NCBI GenBank assembly: GCA_043228905.1
Contig: JBHGNT010000006.1
Coordinates: forward strand, 1,550,001-1,614,000
Reading direction: 5' to 3'
DNA from: Azolla caroliniana
Lineage: Eukaryota > Plantae > Polypodiophyta
DNA length: 64,000 bases
Shown here: positions 50,071 through 62,593 of the stretch, piece by piece
Layout: each line of letters starts with the position of its first letter
How positions within the stretch are numbered: position 1 is the stretch's first letter
Made by a program: the position numbers and the translations under genes
Notes under the pieces: model-generated
Told to the model about the DNA's origin: nothing
Databases searched by the model: none
What the model saw: the letters and a program-made list of their open reading frames with translations, nothing else

Positions 50071-51555
50071 TCTTCTTTTATAGTAAAAGTTACTTGCAAT
50101 GTTATTCCCTTAGCAGACCTACCAACATAGAGAATGGGAAAGAATTATGAATATTGGCAAATCTCAATGTCTTTTTCCAAGACAAGAAGCTACACGTGCA
50201 AACAAATGTGTATGCTAGAATATTATAAAAAACTACCCTTTATTGAATCATTCTAGTCATAATTGGTTTAGATTAAATAGCCACGTCCAAAGCTTCTTCC
50301 ATGAGGTACAAGGATGTCCAAATCAACTCAAGTAACACTTCGGATCATCATGTCATGAAGTGCACAAATTTAGAGACGAAAACGACTAATCTTAAGACAC
50401 GTGAGTTCAAGAAAATAAGGTCTTAGCCTATTCAATTCAAACATTATTACATAGGTAAGGATGCCGATGCATGTCATGTTTACAAAGGACTGTTTGAATG
50501 TCTGGAATTCTATATGTTACTTAACATTAGGATATTTATATGTAATTTTGGGGATTTAAAAGCTTTTGATCATGTGTACGACACTAGAATGATTTAATGT
50601 CACATACTTAACTTGGACCTAGATTAACATTTCCTTTTACATGGTAAGCCTCCGTAATCTATACAAATTATATCATTGGTGTCTCTAAGGAAGACACGAT
50701 CTCATGACGACATGGGATGTTATGGGTTACACTTGTGTGAATGCTTTAAAAAAACGGGGGAAAAAATCAAAACATGCAAGCCAAGCTAAAAATGGGATTA
50801 CACGATTTGATTGAATTAAAATTGATATTGTTAAATCTTACAAGCCTATCGTGCCAGGGATGAGGAGATTATAAGATTTTCAACTTTTCAAAAATAGCCA
50901 CCAAGCTCTGACTAAATAAACATCCCCTTATCTAAAAGCGCGATCGAGGCATTGTGAAGAGTAAAACACATTAGTCACAATGTGAGACATACAACATGTC
51001 CTATGAAGTCTTGATAGAAATTAAGTAGACTAGTAGGTACATTGAGTATTGATAAAAGGTTTTCTATGAGCCCTATCGTTATTATCTATTATCATATTGA
51101 ATTCAGAGGGGAAGGAAGGCAAAAGAAAGCAATGGGGCTAGATGGGTGATGATGGCAAATTACGAGGGAGGGACATTAAAAGACCACCGTTTAAAGATGT
51201 GAAAGAAGCATGCTAGGATCTAGTGTGTCAACTTTCAAGGTACAATACATAGACAGTAACATAGAATGATGAGCATTTGTAATAAGTGACCAATGGTGGT
51301 ACATTAATGTGTTGTTTCTAAAGCTCATTGCTTAATATAAATAGGAAATATTCATAGCCACCTCTCTTAATCACACACATTGTGACCATTATTTCTTTAT
51401 GCTTATCTTGCCTAAGTATGGCCGCTATTTCTCTATGCTTATCTTGTCTTCGATCTCATTAACCTTCCATTAATGTTAATCATATCCATACCTAAGATTT
51501 ATTAGTAGGGTAAATTTGCTACTATTTTGAGCAATCCCTAACCTTAGCTTGCATT

Positions 51556-53226
51556 ATGGAGAAGATCAGCCCCTCCCCCCTTACCACCACCTCTTCCAAC
51601 AACTTCACACCTAGTCAATATTATGGAATGGACCCTTCATTTGGTGCATTGTTGTCGTATGATGATATTTATAGCATTGGTAATAATCATGAATTGAACT
51701 TTGATGGTGAGTTTCAAGATTATCAAAGTTCTTCATGGCAAATACATGATATTGGAGGTCCTATAACCACAATAAATAACCATAGCATCAACATTCCCAA
51801 TCCAAATGAAACCATAAAAAGATGTATTGATTCCTTTACGAATCAAAACAACAATGAAGAATGCATTCCTTCTCTCACACCATTAAGGCCTCCTCCTGGA
51901 TATCCTCATCAAAATAGTGATAATCTTGTCACTAGTGCAAGCTCACAATTGTCAACTAAAGCTGGTATAAAAAATTGCAGCACTATGAAAACAACCCTTC
52001 GCAAAGGTACATCTCTATACCGTGAAACACATATAAATTCAGAGCGGCAACGTCGTAAAACTATGTCTAACCTCTTCAACGCATTGCATTCCTTACTCCC
52101 ACCCCAATTAAACCTCAAGGTAAGAATATAAATAAACATAAATGTTCCTACTTTATATCTCTCATATGCTTCATTGAATTATAAAATTTGCTTGGCAATG
52201 AAGATTAATGCTACAATGTGAAACGATTGACTTCATATGTCACATAAAAAACTTTGATAGTTATAACTTATAACATAATATGTGTCTCACCACTCTACAC
52301 ATAAACTTTCTTCACCACGTGCATGTCTCAAAATATGATTTATGTGCTCGAATCAAAGAAATTGGATGATCATGAAAGGCTCTAAGACCTTTTGATGCAT
52401 CCATAGGAACGCAGTGGTTAGAGTATGAAAATAGCAATCAAGTGTCATAATTACGTTTCACTATCTTCTCATTGACTCTAAAATGCCAAATATAAATTTG
52501 ATCCTACAATCTTACCTATCAAATATCAGTAAAGAAATGCAATAAATAAGTAACATGTAGTTTTCTTTTTTTGCAGCAAGATAGGTGTACAATGGTTAAA
52601 TACGTCATCAACTATGTGGGACATTTACAAGAAAAAATTAATGATTTAGGAAAGGTGAAAGCTGAACTAGAATCACACGTTGACAAGAAACGGAGCAATG
52701 GTTATATGATCTCCAAGAAAACCATACTTCAATGTAACCAAAATGCCCACAAATATAATCAATATGAACCTGAAGTTATTGAGAGAAAATCGAGGTGTAC
52801 TACTAGATTTCAAAAACCACTTAGTGTGACAATAAGATTTTGGGGAACCATGGACATGTTCATAACTTTAAGTCATCCTAAACAAAGAGGTATTTGGTCA
52901 AATGTTCTTGGCTTCTTGGAAGAAACTTTTTCACTTGATGTGCAAAGTGTTACTTTCTCTGCCACCTCAACTCTCTATTTGCACTCCATTTATGCCAAGG
53001 TATGAACTCCATTAGTGACATATTTAACCTCTCTAATGTTGTGTCCTAGTTGAAGATTTGATCTCTCTTACAAATACAAAAACATTACATTTTCTGATCT
53101 TATTATTTTGAACTCAAGTTCCTACTTTATTGTACTTGCAACCAGGTTATCCACGCTCACCAAATGCTATCTACTGAAGAGCTGCAATCAACAATTATGG
53201 ACTTCTTACATGTATATTTCAAGTAG
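51556..53226 (+). CDS. bHLH transcription factor (group Ib / ZHOUPI-like basic region) with an ACT-like C-terminus, 355 aa, 3 exons
   Basis: Exons 51556-52119, 52577-52999 and 53146-53226, all phase 0 and GT-AG. Reads HINSERQRRKTMSNLFNALHSLLP..K|QDRCTMV..VINYV.HLQ. TATAAATA lies upstream at ~51336. Confidence 0.85.
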
Positions 53227-55230
53227 TAGTATGAAAACAACGCATCCACCTATCAAATTAGTTCAAGTAGCAATACATAAAGAAAGTATCTTCCGGAAGA
53301 AACTTGAGTTTTCTAGTATTGTCACCTTCTAGCCTAATGTAAGATAATTTGGCATTGGTGATGGAATATATTTTTTTGTCATGCTATAAGATAATGGTCG
53401 TATCTTTCAAACATGTGGATATAATCACTCAAATTTCAGAATTCCTGTTTCCCTTTAAACTTTGTCGATAGGAAATATGTGATCAAACTCTTTTTATTGA
53501 AAACAAATAGATATGTTGACGAAGCTTGATTTAACATTCCTACAATGGCATATGGTATATGCTAGCGTCAAACTAAAAAAATGAATGCTTCACCTACATT
53601 GACGGGATATCCTCCTTCGACCCTTGATGATCTCAAAATTTCCAATAATATCAAATGACATTGGCAATATCCGTCTGTCCATGAATTCCATTTCTATGGA
53701 TTGTGATATGTCTTGTTGTATTGCATATGTGCTAATAAAAATCCTTAGGTGTGAATATATATCCATGTGCTCGTTATTGTTGGTACTTTTGTGTTTATAT
53801 GAATCCTCATGCTCATGTTATATGGATATCTACGTGTCCACACATGCATACAAGTGTATATGTGTATGTGATGAGATCCATGGACTACATATGGAACATC
53901 ATGTGATGAGGTTGGATGTGATTGTTAAGAACAAGACCACATTTTCAAACCTCGTGTGTAAGTGTCTCTACCTATAAGACACATAATTTTAATTGTCTGA
54001 TCTACATCAACCTCTAGTTTCAGAATTTGAATCCTCATCTCATTGTTTGAATCAATCATTTTTCCATTCGGCAACGCTTTCTTCTGCAATAAAGGTACAA
54101 GTATTTTGTAGAATACTTAGAAGCTATTGTTCCCATTATAAAGTTTTCAAGTAGCAAGTTATAATTTCAACTAACATTCTAGTGAATGGAGGCACATTTT
54201 TCTGAACACCTATTGACACCGAGGAAGTTATTACTATAAAAGTACTCAACAATTTTACCCTGGCTACAAGTTTTGAAATAAGTTTCCAACCTAGCAAAGT
54301 GGTTGTGTTCAACACAATGGTTTGTTGTGTGTAGGTGTTAATAACCAAAAGATTGCGCTATTGTTTATTCTATTACTCATATACATATATGATATTTCAT
54401 AATACTCTACTTTATATACTTTACTAATGGGTAATTCTTGTGTTGCTATGTGTGAAGTCCCGAGTCACAAGACCAATCTTTTTTGCATAAAAATACTACA
54501 TATAGTTATGTCCAAGATGATTCTACATGCATAGATCACACATATCTATAACCTATAAATTAACAATAGCATGTGGTTCCATCTTTTTCTTGCATTTATT
54601 TGTCTTTAGAAACTACTCATGGTATAAATATTAAAAATGGCATAATCACTCTCATATGCTCCTAGAAAGTTTAATAAGTTGAAAGCATTTAACTCATTCT
54701 TGTTCGTGATGATCAAGGTTTTTTCCCTTCTTTTGCCACACAATTTATATACTAATGTTTGAGTCATTGTCTCGTCATCCATACATATCCCGTTTGTCCT
54801 TCTAAACACATAGTAGTCTTGTATTTTGCGATAATGTTCCATACTTTAGTTAGTGTGCTCTTAGTGTATATATGTGCATCCAACATATTTTTAGTTATGT
54901 CAAATACATCCATCATGCTATTTATATACTAGTCTATCAATTCGTGTCTCATCATCCATGCATTTATCTTTTGTCCTTGTAAACCAATTGTTTCTTGTAG
55001 TGTTTTAGTGATTTCTCCTACTCAAGCACAAACTATATGTATCACAATATACTTGAAGTGTGGCTATCATTCCATAGAAAGAGTTTGATATGGCTCTCTT
55101 AGCTATTGTGTTCTCCTTGCCATGCCCTTTCAAATCTATATTTGAACTACTTTCATGCATTAACATTGATTATCAAAATATTTTTGGTTTGCATAGGGTT
55201 ATTATAATAAATTCCGAATGTGTTATTTTG

Positions 55231-55758
55231 GAGTAATCAACAATGGTTCCTTTCTATTTGGAAGTCTCAAACTCAAGCCATGTACGAGTACCAAAACTTA
55301 AATGAAAACAAACTCTAAAACCTTTAAACTAAAATCATTCAAACAAAACCCTTTGAAGGATTTTCAAGCTCAAACTCAACAATTCAAGAGATCTAAAAAC
55401 CAGTAAGCTAGTTTCACTGTTCAATTTTAGATTTTCTCTTGAACTAAATAATTGTCAACGGTAAACTTAAATTGCTTTTTTTAAATATGTATATAAACTA
55501 AAACTTAAAAATAATTGTTAGGGTTCAAAGTCAAAACTTCAAAATACATTTTTTGTATTACATATTACATGATCTATAATATGTAATCAGTATTTAAAAA
55601 ATGCACCCAAATTGTTAAGCCATGGTTTGAAGTCAAATAAACCACAAATTATTAAGCGATAAAGGCTCAAACCAAACCAAATTGGTTAAGCCATTAAGGA
55701 TCAAGTTACACTTTCGCAGTTTGGTTTGGGGCTCAAACCGAAGTGTTGTAGATTATTA
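55231..55758. mobile_element. Old degenerate copy of the AACCG MITE family
   Basis: Ends GAGTAATCAACAATGGTT and AACCGAAGTGTTGTAGATTATTA resemble the family TIRs; similar length; no TSD. Confidence 0.5.
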
Positions 55759-57152
55759 TTGATATGTTGGGAATGACCATTTGGATAATTGGGGATTGCT
55801 CTATATATTCTAGAAAAAGAAATCTTATTAATTGGATTTCAAAATCAGTTTTAGAGGGAATATCACATAAAATGAGCTCGTTAAGGATGAAAGTAGTTCA
55901 AAAGGATTATGGTTTCATTATAATATTCATTTGTCATTTGTTGGCTTGGATGAGGGATAATAAGCATAGCGTCAATCAGGTCAAATAAAGTATACATACC
56001 AAAACATAAATCTTGACATCTTCAACTGTGGATCCTTTTTAAAGTATGTCCATGAGTCATTAGGTCCTTCTAAATACTTCCATTCATGTTATGGATAATG
56101 GTACGTTATGCTTTAATATATTACATAGATGTCACTTTCTCTAAGGACCGCTCACTCTTGATTTATGTGACCTAAGTTTCAATATTAGTCCAAAGTTCAA
56201 ACCTTACATACCATATGCCTAGTAGATGGGGCATGTATAAATAATGCAAAGCTCTTGATGGCATAATAATAGAAAGAGGGGACAAAAAGGATTCTACTTT
56301 ATTCTAGTGAGATGAAAATACACATAATTGATCGTACACAATTGTGGCACTCGAACTAAATTAAATGAGTTCCAAATCCTTATTCCTAATAAGTCACTTA
56401 GTTTGGGGATCAACCTAGATAAACACGAACATATCCATAAACTAGAAGTAGTCCCACGTTTAAATACATAATACTCTTGGCCTAGTAGCTTGCATAAGGC
56501 TGATCACTCTAGTGAGGAGCATTCTTTTGACCAATACAAGTAGTACTAAATACCAAGTTTCTCAAAATACATATTGCAAAATCGACACCTGTGTCATTCG
56601 ATGACTAAAGCTTTACATGCTCGTAATGATATCCAATGCCTGAGTTATTAACCATACATAAGGAGTTCAAATCGTCTATTTAGAGGAAGAGTAACATTCA
56701 AAATTGCCACGTACATGTCTTCTTGGCAATAATGAGCCCCCAAAGAAAATGATTTGTGCCAAGTTCTTAGGCCGCATTCAGGGCAAATAATGTAGCAACT
56801 TCCAAAAAAATAGAAACTTTTTTCATGAATTTGGACTTTTCGGTTATGTTATATGCTCAGATTCTCTGGGTGCATTTTATAATACAGTTGTTTCCATAGT
56901 CAAGATCAATCTCAGTAATCACATATTTTTTTACATATGATTGCTTTTAATGCAATTACTTCCATCATGGAGATTTGTCTTGGATGGGTGATTTCCAGCA
57001 ATTTTACCCTATGTCATACTAAGACATTGAGAGTCACGTCTATAAATAGGAGTGTCTCAAATTATAGAACCCGGTGGCATTAATGGACGCGTCCATCTCT
57101 TCAGAGAGGCCAAATCTACCCTCTGTATCATGATTTGTACCTATCACTCATA

Positions 57153-60100
57153 TCATTGTGTGTTTCTTATCGGTATTACATCACAAGTTTCCTTTTGGAA
57201 TTCCGAACTTGCATAAATATGAGATATTAAAACATAAGCTGACGCATCTCCTCCATCCAGGGTAACTACATTGTCAAAGGCCTCTTTCCCGATCTTCACA
57301 TTACCTGAGCTTCGACAAGCATCCAGCAAAGTATGCCAAACAACGAGGTTTGGAACTGAAGGAATCTTTTTAATCATCAAAATTGCCTCGTTAAATTGAC
57401 CTGATCGACAAAGGAGATCTATAACCCATGTCAGGTGTTTCACATTGGGAACAATGCCATAATCTTTGCTCATTGCCTCAAGATACATCTGGCTCTTATC
57501 AAATAAACCTGCCCGGTTACATACTCTGAGAACAATCAGAAAAGTTACTGGGTTTGGCTTAATACCATCTTCAACCATTCTATCAAGGATATGGAAAACA
57601 TTATCACCCTCTCCACACTGAGCATATCCTGCCATTAGTGCAGTCCATGACACAACGCTCCTGAGAGGAAGTTTATTGAACACATCATTTGCTTTTGCAA
57701 GGCAGCTGCATTTAGCATACATATCAACCAAGGCATTTCCAATGACATAATCTCCTTCTAGCAACCCTCGTCTTTCCATCTCAAGATGTATATCTTGCCC
57801 CTTTTCTGTGGCTCCTACATTACCACAAGCTTTCAGACTACAAATAAACGTCACATAATTTGGTGAGAAACCTTCGAGTCGCATTTTATCCAAACACTTA
57901 AGTGCATCATGACCATCCCCATAGTCTGCATAAGCAGCAATCAGAGCAGTCCATAGGACCACGTTTCGAACAGAGAGTTTGTCAAACACTTGCTGTGCCA
58001 TAGCCAGCAAACCACATTTGGCGTACATATCAACCAAGCTACTTCCAACAAAAACATTTTCAAGAAACCCTTGTCTCTCAATATCAGCATGCATTTCTTG
58101 GCCCCAATTTACATCTCCGATACTACCACAAGCCTTCAAACCATATATAAATGTCTCGGCATTTGGGGATACACATTCTAGTTGCATCTGTTCAAAAGAC
58201 CGAAGCGCTTTTTCACCGTACCCATGTTCTGCATATCCTGCTATTAATGTTGTCCACAACACTACATCACGAACTTGAACACTGTCAAATACTTCTTGTG
58301 CGAGATCAAGGGATCCACATTTAGCATATATATCCACTAATGTGCTTCCAACAACAAGGTTTCTTTCTAAAAGCCCCCATTTTTTAACCTCAGCATGGAT
58401 TTCTTGTACTCTTTCAATGGTTCCTATACTCCCACATGCTTTCAGGCTACACAACAACGTGATAGGATCTGCAGAGACACCTTCAAGTTCCATTTCTTCA
58501 AAGCATTTGAGTGCTTTTTCCCCATGCCCATGTTCTGCATATCCCAAAATAAGTGCAGTCCATGAGACCACATCACGTTCTGGAAGCTCATTATGAATCT
58601 GTTGTGCAATGGCAAAGAATCCACACCTAGCATAGAAATCAACCAACATATTGCCCAGGGCAACATTCTCTTCCAATAGTTTCTGTCTTATGATCTCTGA
58701 ATGTATTTCTTTACCTTTGCTCACATACTTTGTGTTGCTAGAAGCTTTCAATATGGCAACAAATGTTGCAGCATTTGGAAGAACATTTTCAAGTCTCATT
58801 TGTTCAAATAGTTGGAGAGCTTCCTCGCAATGCCCATACTCTACATAACCCATGATCAATGTTGTCCAGCTAATCACATCGTGAATAGGAAGTCGCTCAA
58901 GCACTTCTTTTGCCATGGAAATCAGTTCACATTTGACATACATATCAAGTAAGCTATTTCCAACAATAATGTCTCCTTCCAGAAGTTTTCTTCTTTCAAT
59001 CTCAGCATGTATGTTTTGCCCCTTGATACCCGCTTCTGTCTTTCCACAAACTTTTAAACTACAAGCATATGTTGAGGAATCCGGGTAGACACCTTCATAT
59101 TGCATTTTTTCAACACACTCGAGTGCTATTTCATCATGCCCACTTTCAGCATACCCTGTAATTAAAGCATTCCACAATTCTATGTTTCTAATAGGAAGCT
59201 TGTCAAAGACTTGCTGTGCCATAGTCATCAAGCCACACTTACTATACATATCAACCAAGCTATACCCAACAAAATCTCTTTCCAGCCAACCCTGTTTTTC
59301 TATCTCCATGTGAATTATTTCCCCCTTGTCTAATGCTTTAATGTTCCCACAAGCTTTCAGGCAACAAACTAGTGTAACAACATTTGGTACAATTCCCTCA
59401 TAGTGCATTTGTTCAAAGAAACTAAGGGCTTCACCACTATACCCATATTCATAATAACCTGCAATCATCGAAGTCCACGAGACTACATCCCGAACATAAA
59501 GTTTCTCAAAAACTTGGTGTGCAATAGTTAAGCAGCCACACTTTGCATACATATCTATCAAGGTGTTAGCAAGAACAAGGTTTCTTTCCAATAAACCTTG
59601 TCTTTCAATTTCAGCATGTATATCTCTTCCCTTGGAGGTTGCTTGTATACCACCACAAGCCTTCAAGCTTGCCATGAATGTAATGGAATTCGGTGACACA
59701 CCCTCAGCTTGCATCTGATCAAAATATTCTAGTGCTTTTTCACCTTGACCATACTCGGAATACCCTATAATCAATGCTGTCCACGAGACTACATCTCGAA
59801 CACGAATATTGTCAAACGCTTGCTTTGCAAGAGTTAATGCACCACATTTGGCATACATATCAACCAATGTATTACCAACAAGTTCCCTTTCCAGTAACCC
59901 ATGTCTCTCAATTTCTCTATGTAATTCGCGACCCTTGTCTAGTGCCTGTATCATGCCACAAGCTCTTAAGAGGCAAACAAGTGTTACAATATTTGGGTGG
60001 ACACCCTCAAGATGCATTTGCTCCAGATATAGAAGGGCTCTATCAGCATGCCCATGATCAACATAACCGGATATTAATGCTGTCCATGAAACAACATTCT

Positions 60101-60686
60101 GGACTGGAAGTAGATCAAAAACCATATTGGCTTTAGAAAGCTGACCACATTTTGCATACATATCCACTAAAGCGCTACCAATAAACACATTTATTCTCAG
60201 TAAACCAGTTGTGTCAAGTTCCTCATGTACCTTGACACCTGTTTGAAGATCTTTAATTTTTGAACATGCCTTGAGCACTGCCACAAAGGTATGTTCATTG
60301 GGACAGATATTCGGATCCTCTTGCATACTTTCATATACAAAGATAGCATATTGTGGATTGCCACATCTGATATACCCAATGATAAGCGAGTTCCACGACA
60401 AATTGTTTCGATATTCCAATTTATCAAAAACCTGTCGAGCATTATCAATGTATCCAATTTCAACTAACATGGATACGAGATTGTTTCCGAGAGAGCTATG
60501 CCCTTCCATCCCATAGCTATGCACATACAAATGCATCCATAATGCATTTACTCTGTCCTTCTCCTTTCTACATTTCTCCAAGATACATACAATATCATCG
60601 ATACAAATTTGGGGAAAGAAAAGCAATGGTTTATCCAATGCATGGATCTTCACGTATCCATAATTAATAACGCTCTTTGCGGTCAT
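57153..60686 (-). CDS. PLS-class pentatricopeptide repeat protein, ~10 P-L-S triplets, ending in an E-type domain with no DYW
   Basis: Intronless 1177-aa ORF with repeated LVDMYAKCG, DVVSWTALI.GY and TF...LKACG motifs. Terminal VIDLLCRSG, VVWHTLLDACR and SAYVLISHIYA. True start uncertain. Confidence 0.93.
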   Translation of the reverse strand: MTAKSVINYGYVKIHALDKPLLFFPQICIDDIVCILEKCRKEKDRVNALWMHLYVHSYGMEGHSSLGNNLVSMLVEIGYIDNARQVFDKLEYRNNLSWNSLIIGYIRCGNPQYAIFVYESMQEDPNICPNEHTFVAVLKACSKIKDLQTGVKVHEELDTTGLLRINVFIGSALVDMYAKCGQLSKANMVFDLLPVQNVVSWTALISGYVDHGHADRALLYLEQMHLEGVHPNIVTLVCLLRACGMIQALDKGRELHREIERHGLLERELVGNTLVDMYAKCGALTLAKQAFDNIRVRDVVSWTALIIGYSEYGQGEKALEYFDQMQAEGVSPNSITFMASLKACGGIQATSKGRDIHAEIERQGLLERNLVLANTLIDMYAKCGCLTIAHQVFEKLYVRDVVSWTSMIAGYYEYGYSGEALSFFEQMHYEGIVPNVVTLVCCLKACGNIKALDKGEIIHMEIEKQGWLERDFVGYSLVDMYSKCGLMTMAQQVFDKLPIRNIELWNALITGYAESGHDEIALECVEKMQYEGVYPDSSTYACSLKVCGKTEAGIKGQNIHAEIERRKLLEGDIIVGNSLLDMYVKCELISMAKEVLERLPIHDVISWTTLIMGYVEYGHCEEALQLFEQMRLENVLPNAATFVAILKASSNTKYVSKGKEIHSEIIRQKLLEENVALGNMLVDFYARCGFFAIAQQIHNELPERDVVSWTALILGYAEHGHGEKALKCFEEMELEGVSADPITLLCSLKACGSIGTIERVQEIHAEVKKWGLLERNLVVGSTLVDIYAKCGSLDLAQEVFDSVQVRDVVLWTTLIAGYAEHGYGEKALRSFEQMQLECVSPNAETFIYGLKACGSIGDVNWGQEMHADIERQGFLENVFVGSSLVDMYAKCGLLAMAQQVFDKLSVRNVVLWTALIAAYADYGDGHDALKCLDKMRLEGFSPNYVTFICSLKACGNVGATEKGQDIHLEMERRGLLEGDYVIGNALVDMYAKCSCLAKANDVFNKLPLRSVVSWTALMAGYAQCGEGDNVFHILDRMVEDGIKPNPVTFLIVLRVCNRAGLFDKSQMYLEAMSKDYGIVPNVKHLTWVIDLLCRSGQFNEAILMIKKIPSVPNLVVWHTLLDACRSSGNVKIGKEAFDNVVTLDGGDASAYVLISHIYASSEFQKETCDVIPIRNTQ

Positions 60687-62525
60687 CCCTTCAGCATATT
60701 TGATTGTTCATCTCTCCTTAGGTATCAACTGACAATACCTCATAGGGTTCAAATGACTGGAAGCCGACAAATAAAATATTATATATATTATCATGTTTTT
60801 TGTTGTAGTGCCGAAATATCTTTGATAACCTCATCTGAGCAAAAAAAGGAAGCCATGACTATTTTGGCTGTGTCCATTTGTATCAAAACAAAACAGAGGG
60901 TAAATCCATTCAGTATTATCAAATGCTCCCAGGTGTGTACTAGGAAGTAAGCCAGAAACCAGAGGGCTCTGTAGCTTAGCTGGGGTCTCCTGAAAGATAT
61001 ACGTTTCTATTTTCTTGTTTTTCTTGTGTGGATCAAGGAGCCATGATGTTCCAATGTCATGTCATGAGAACAGCTTCACATGAGACAGGCCCCACTACCA
61101 ACAACTCGTTGACAAACTTCTCTAGCTAGAAGCATTTGTTATGAAGCAGCTCATTTGGTACTCACCTCAGCCATCAGCCCGTCGAGGTCAAGTCTATTTC
61201 ACGGGCGGGACTCCTCGTACCATCTCCAAGAACCTTGCACAATGTGTGTGCGTACATGTTCTTGCTCTCGGGGATCAAGGGTAAAGGTTTCGGTACAAAT
61301 ATGTTCTGTAAATGGTCTTCCCCTCAAGGAGAAATGATACTTTGTTGACATAAAATTGGGGCTCGATGCTTTTGTAGGCAAAGGTTAAAGTGTGTGGGAG
61401 CAAATTTGAACCTTGTTGAGAAATCTATAACATAAGGTTCTAACCAAACCATACACTTCTAACCACTACACCAAGTCTATTGGTTAGATTGCAATAGAAA
61501 TTATTTCATTAAGACTTTCATCTAGATATAATACACTCACCTTGAGGGGGCTAAGGCGAGGTTGATTGCCTAATCTTCACTAGGGGAATGTGATATTTTG
61601 CCAAGTGGCACTTGAATGTGGCTACATCTGACATGACCAAAGTGGTCTAGCATTAATGAATTTGATCCTTGTTTTGACCAAATGAACATTTTGGTGGGTT
61701 CTTAGTGGGGCCCCTTCATCCCTAAGTTTCATGGAGCTTACAAAATGCAAGGTGTTGATGCCATGTAAGTGTGAGAATGGTGATATTAAAGAACTTTATG
61801 AAGTAACAAAAAGAATGGTAAATAGAAACATGGGCATGTACAAGTAGTTGTCTTTGTGTTTATTCAATAAAGAGGACAAAGAAAGCTAGATATACATATT
61901 GGTGGCGATGATAAATTAAAAGATAGACTTGCTACGAGAGTTAGGATTACAACTACTACTAGAACCTCTAAAGTTGCTTCAAATCTTATCTAGTTGGATC
62001 TATTGAAGGTGGGATGTGCTACATTCATCAACCAATTTGTTACATGGGTCCAATCTAAAGTGTGTGAACAAATAAGTTTATAATGGGAGTTATTTAAAGG
62101 TCGAGACTTTCTTGGTCATGAGTTAATTCATCTATTATACGAGTGTTTCTTGGCACCATAAGGTCAACGTGCTTTTACGTTAGTGGGAAAATACTTTTAC
62201 AATATTTTACAATGTGAGTAACATAAACACGCATAGAGACCAATAAGTATATCATTGAAGGAAGGTAATGTTATAATGATAGGCAACATGTCAACAATAG
62301 AGCACAATTGCATGTGACCATATACATGTATATATTATCTACAAGCTAATCATGATCTCCGTTAACAACAACATGTATAGCTAAAGGGGTCACTGATGAT
62401 GTTGTTTCGTAAAATTTGGACATTATCAAATTTGCCCAATTCTTGAAAGCTATGTTTCCCAATGTCCTTTGGTCAATGTAGCCTTCACACAGAAACAATG
62501 TCAACAAAAAATATATAAAGAGATA

Positions 62526-62593
62526 GATATAGTTGAGTTGGTAAGGTTTTCCGATGGAGATCAGAAGGTCATGTGTTCAACCCTCCACATTCC
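62526..62593 (+). pseudogene. tRNA-derived (SINE-head-like) degenerate sequence
   Basis: A-box-like TAGTTGAGTTGG and B-box-like TGTTCAACCC with tRNA-like spacing; partial arm pairing TTCCGAT/ATCAGAA and ATGTG/CACAT; no acceptor stem. Confidence 0.3.

Noticed and set aside
57979-60950. Plus-strand ORFs overlapping the PPR gene (and similar shadow ORFs over CCCH, MED4 and pol)
   Set aside because: They are antisense or alternate-frame shadows of real coding sequence and carry no motifs.
61600-62200. Very old Gypsy RNase H/integrase remnant
   Set aside because: Only faint resemblances (DIKELY); too degenerate to support by eye.
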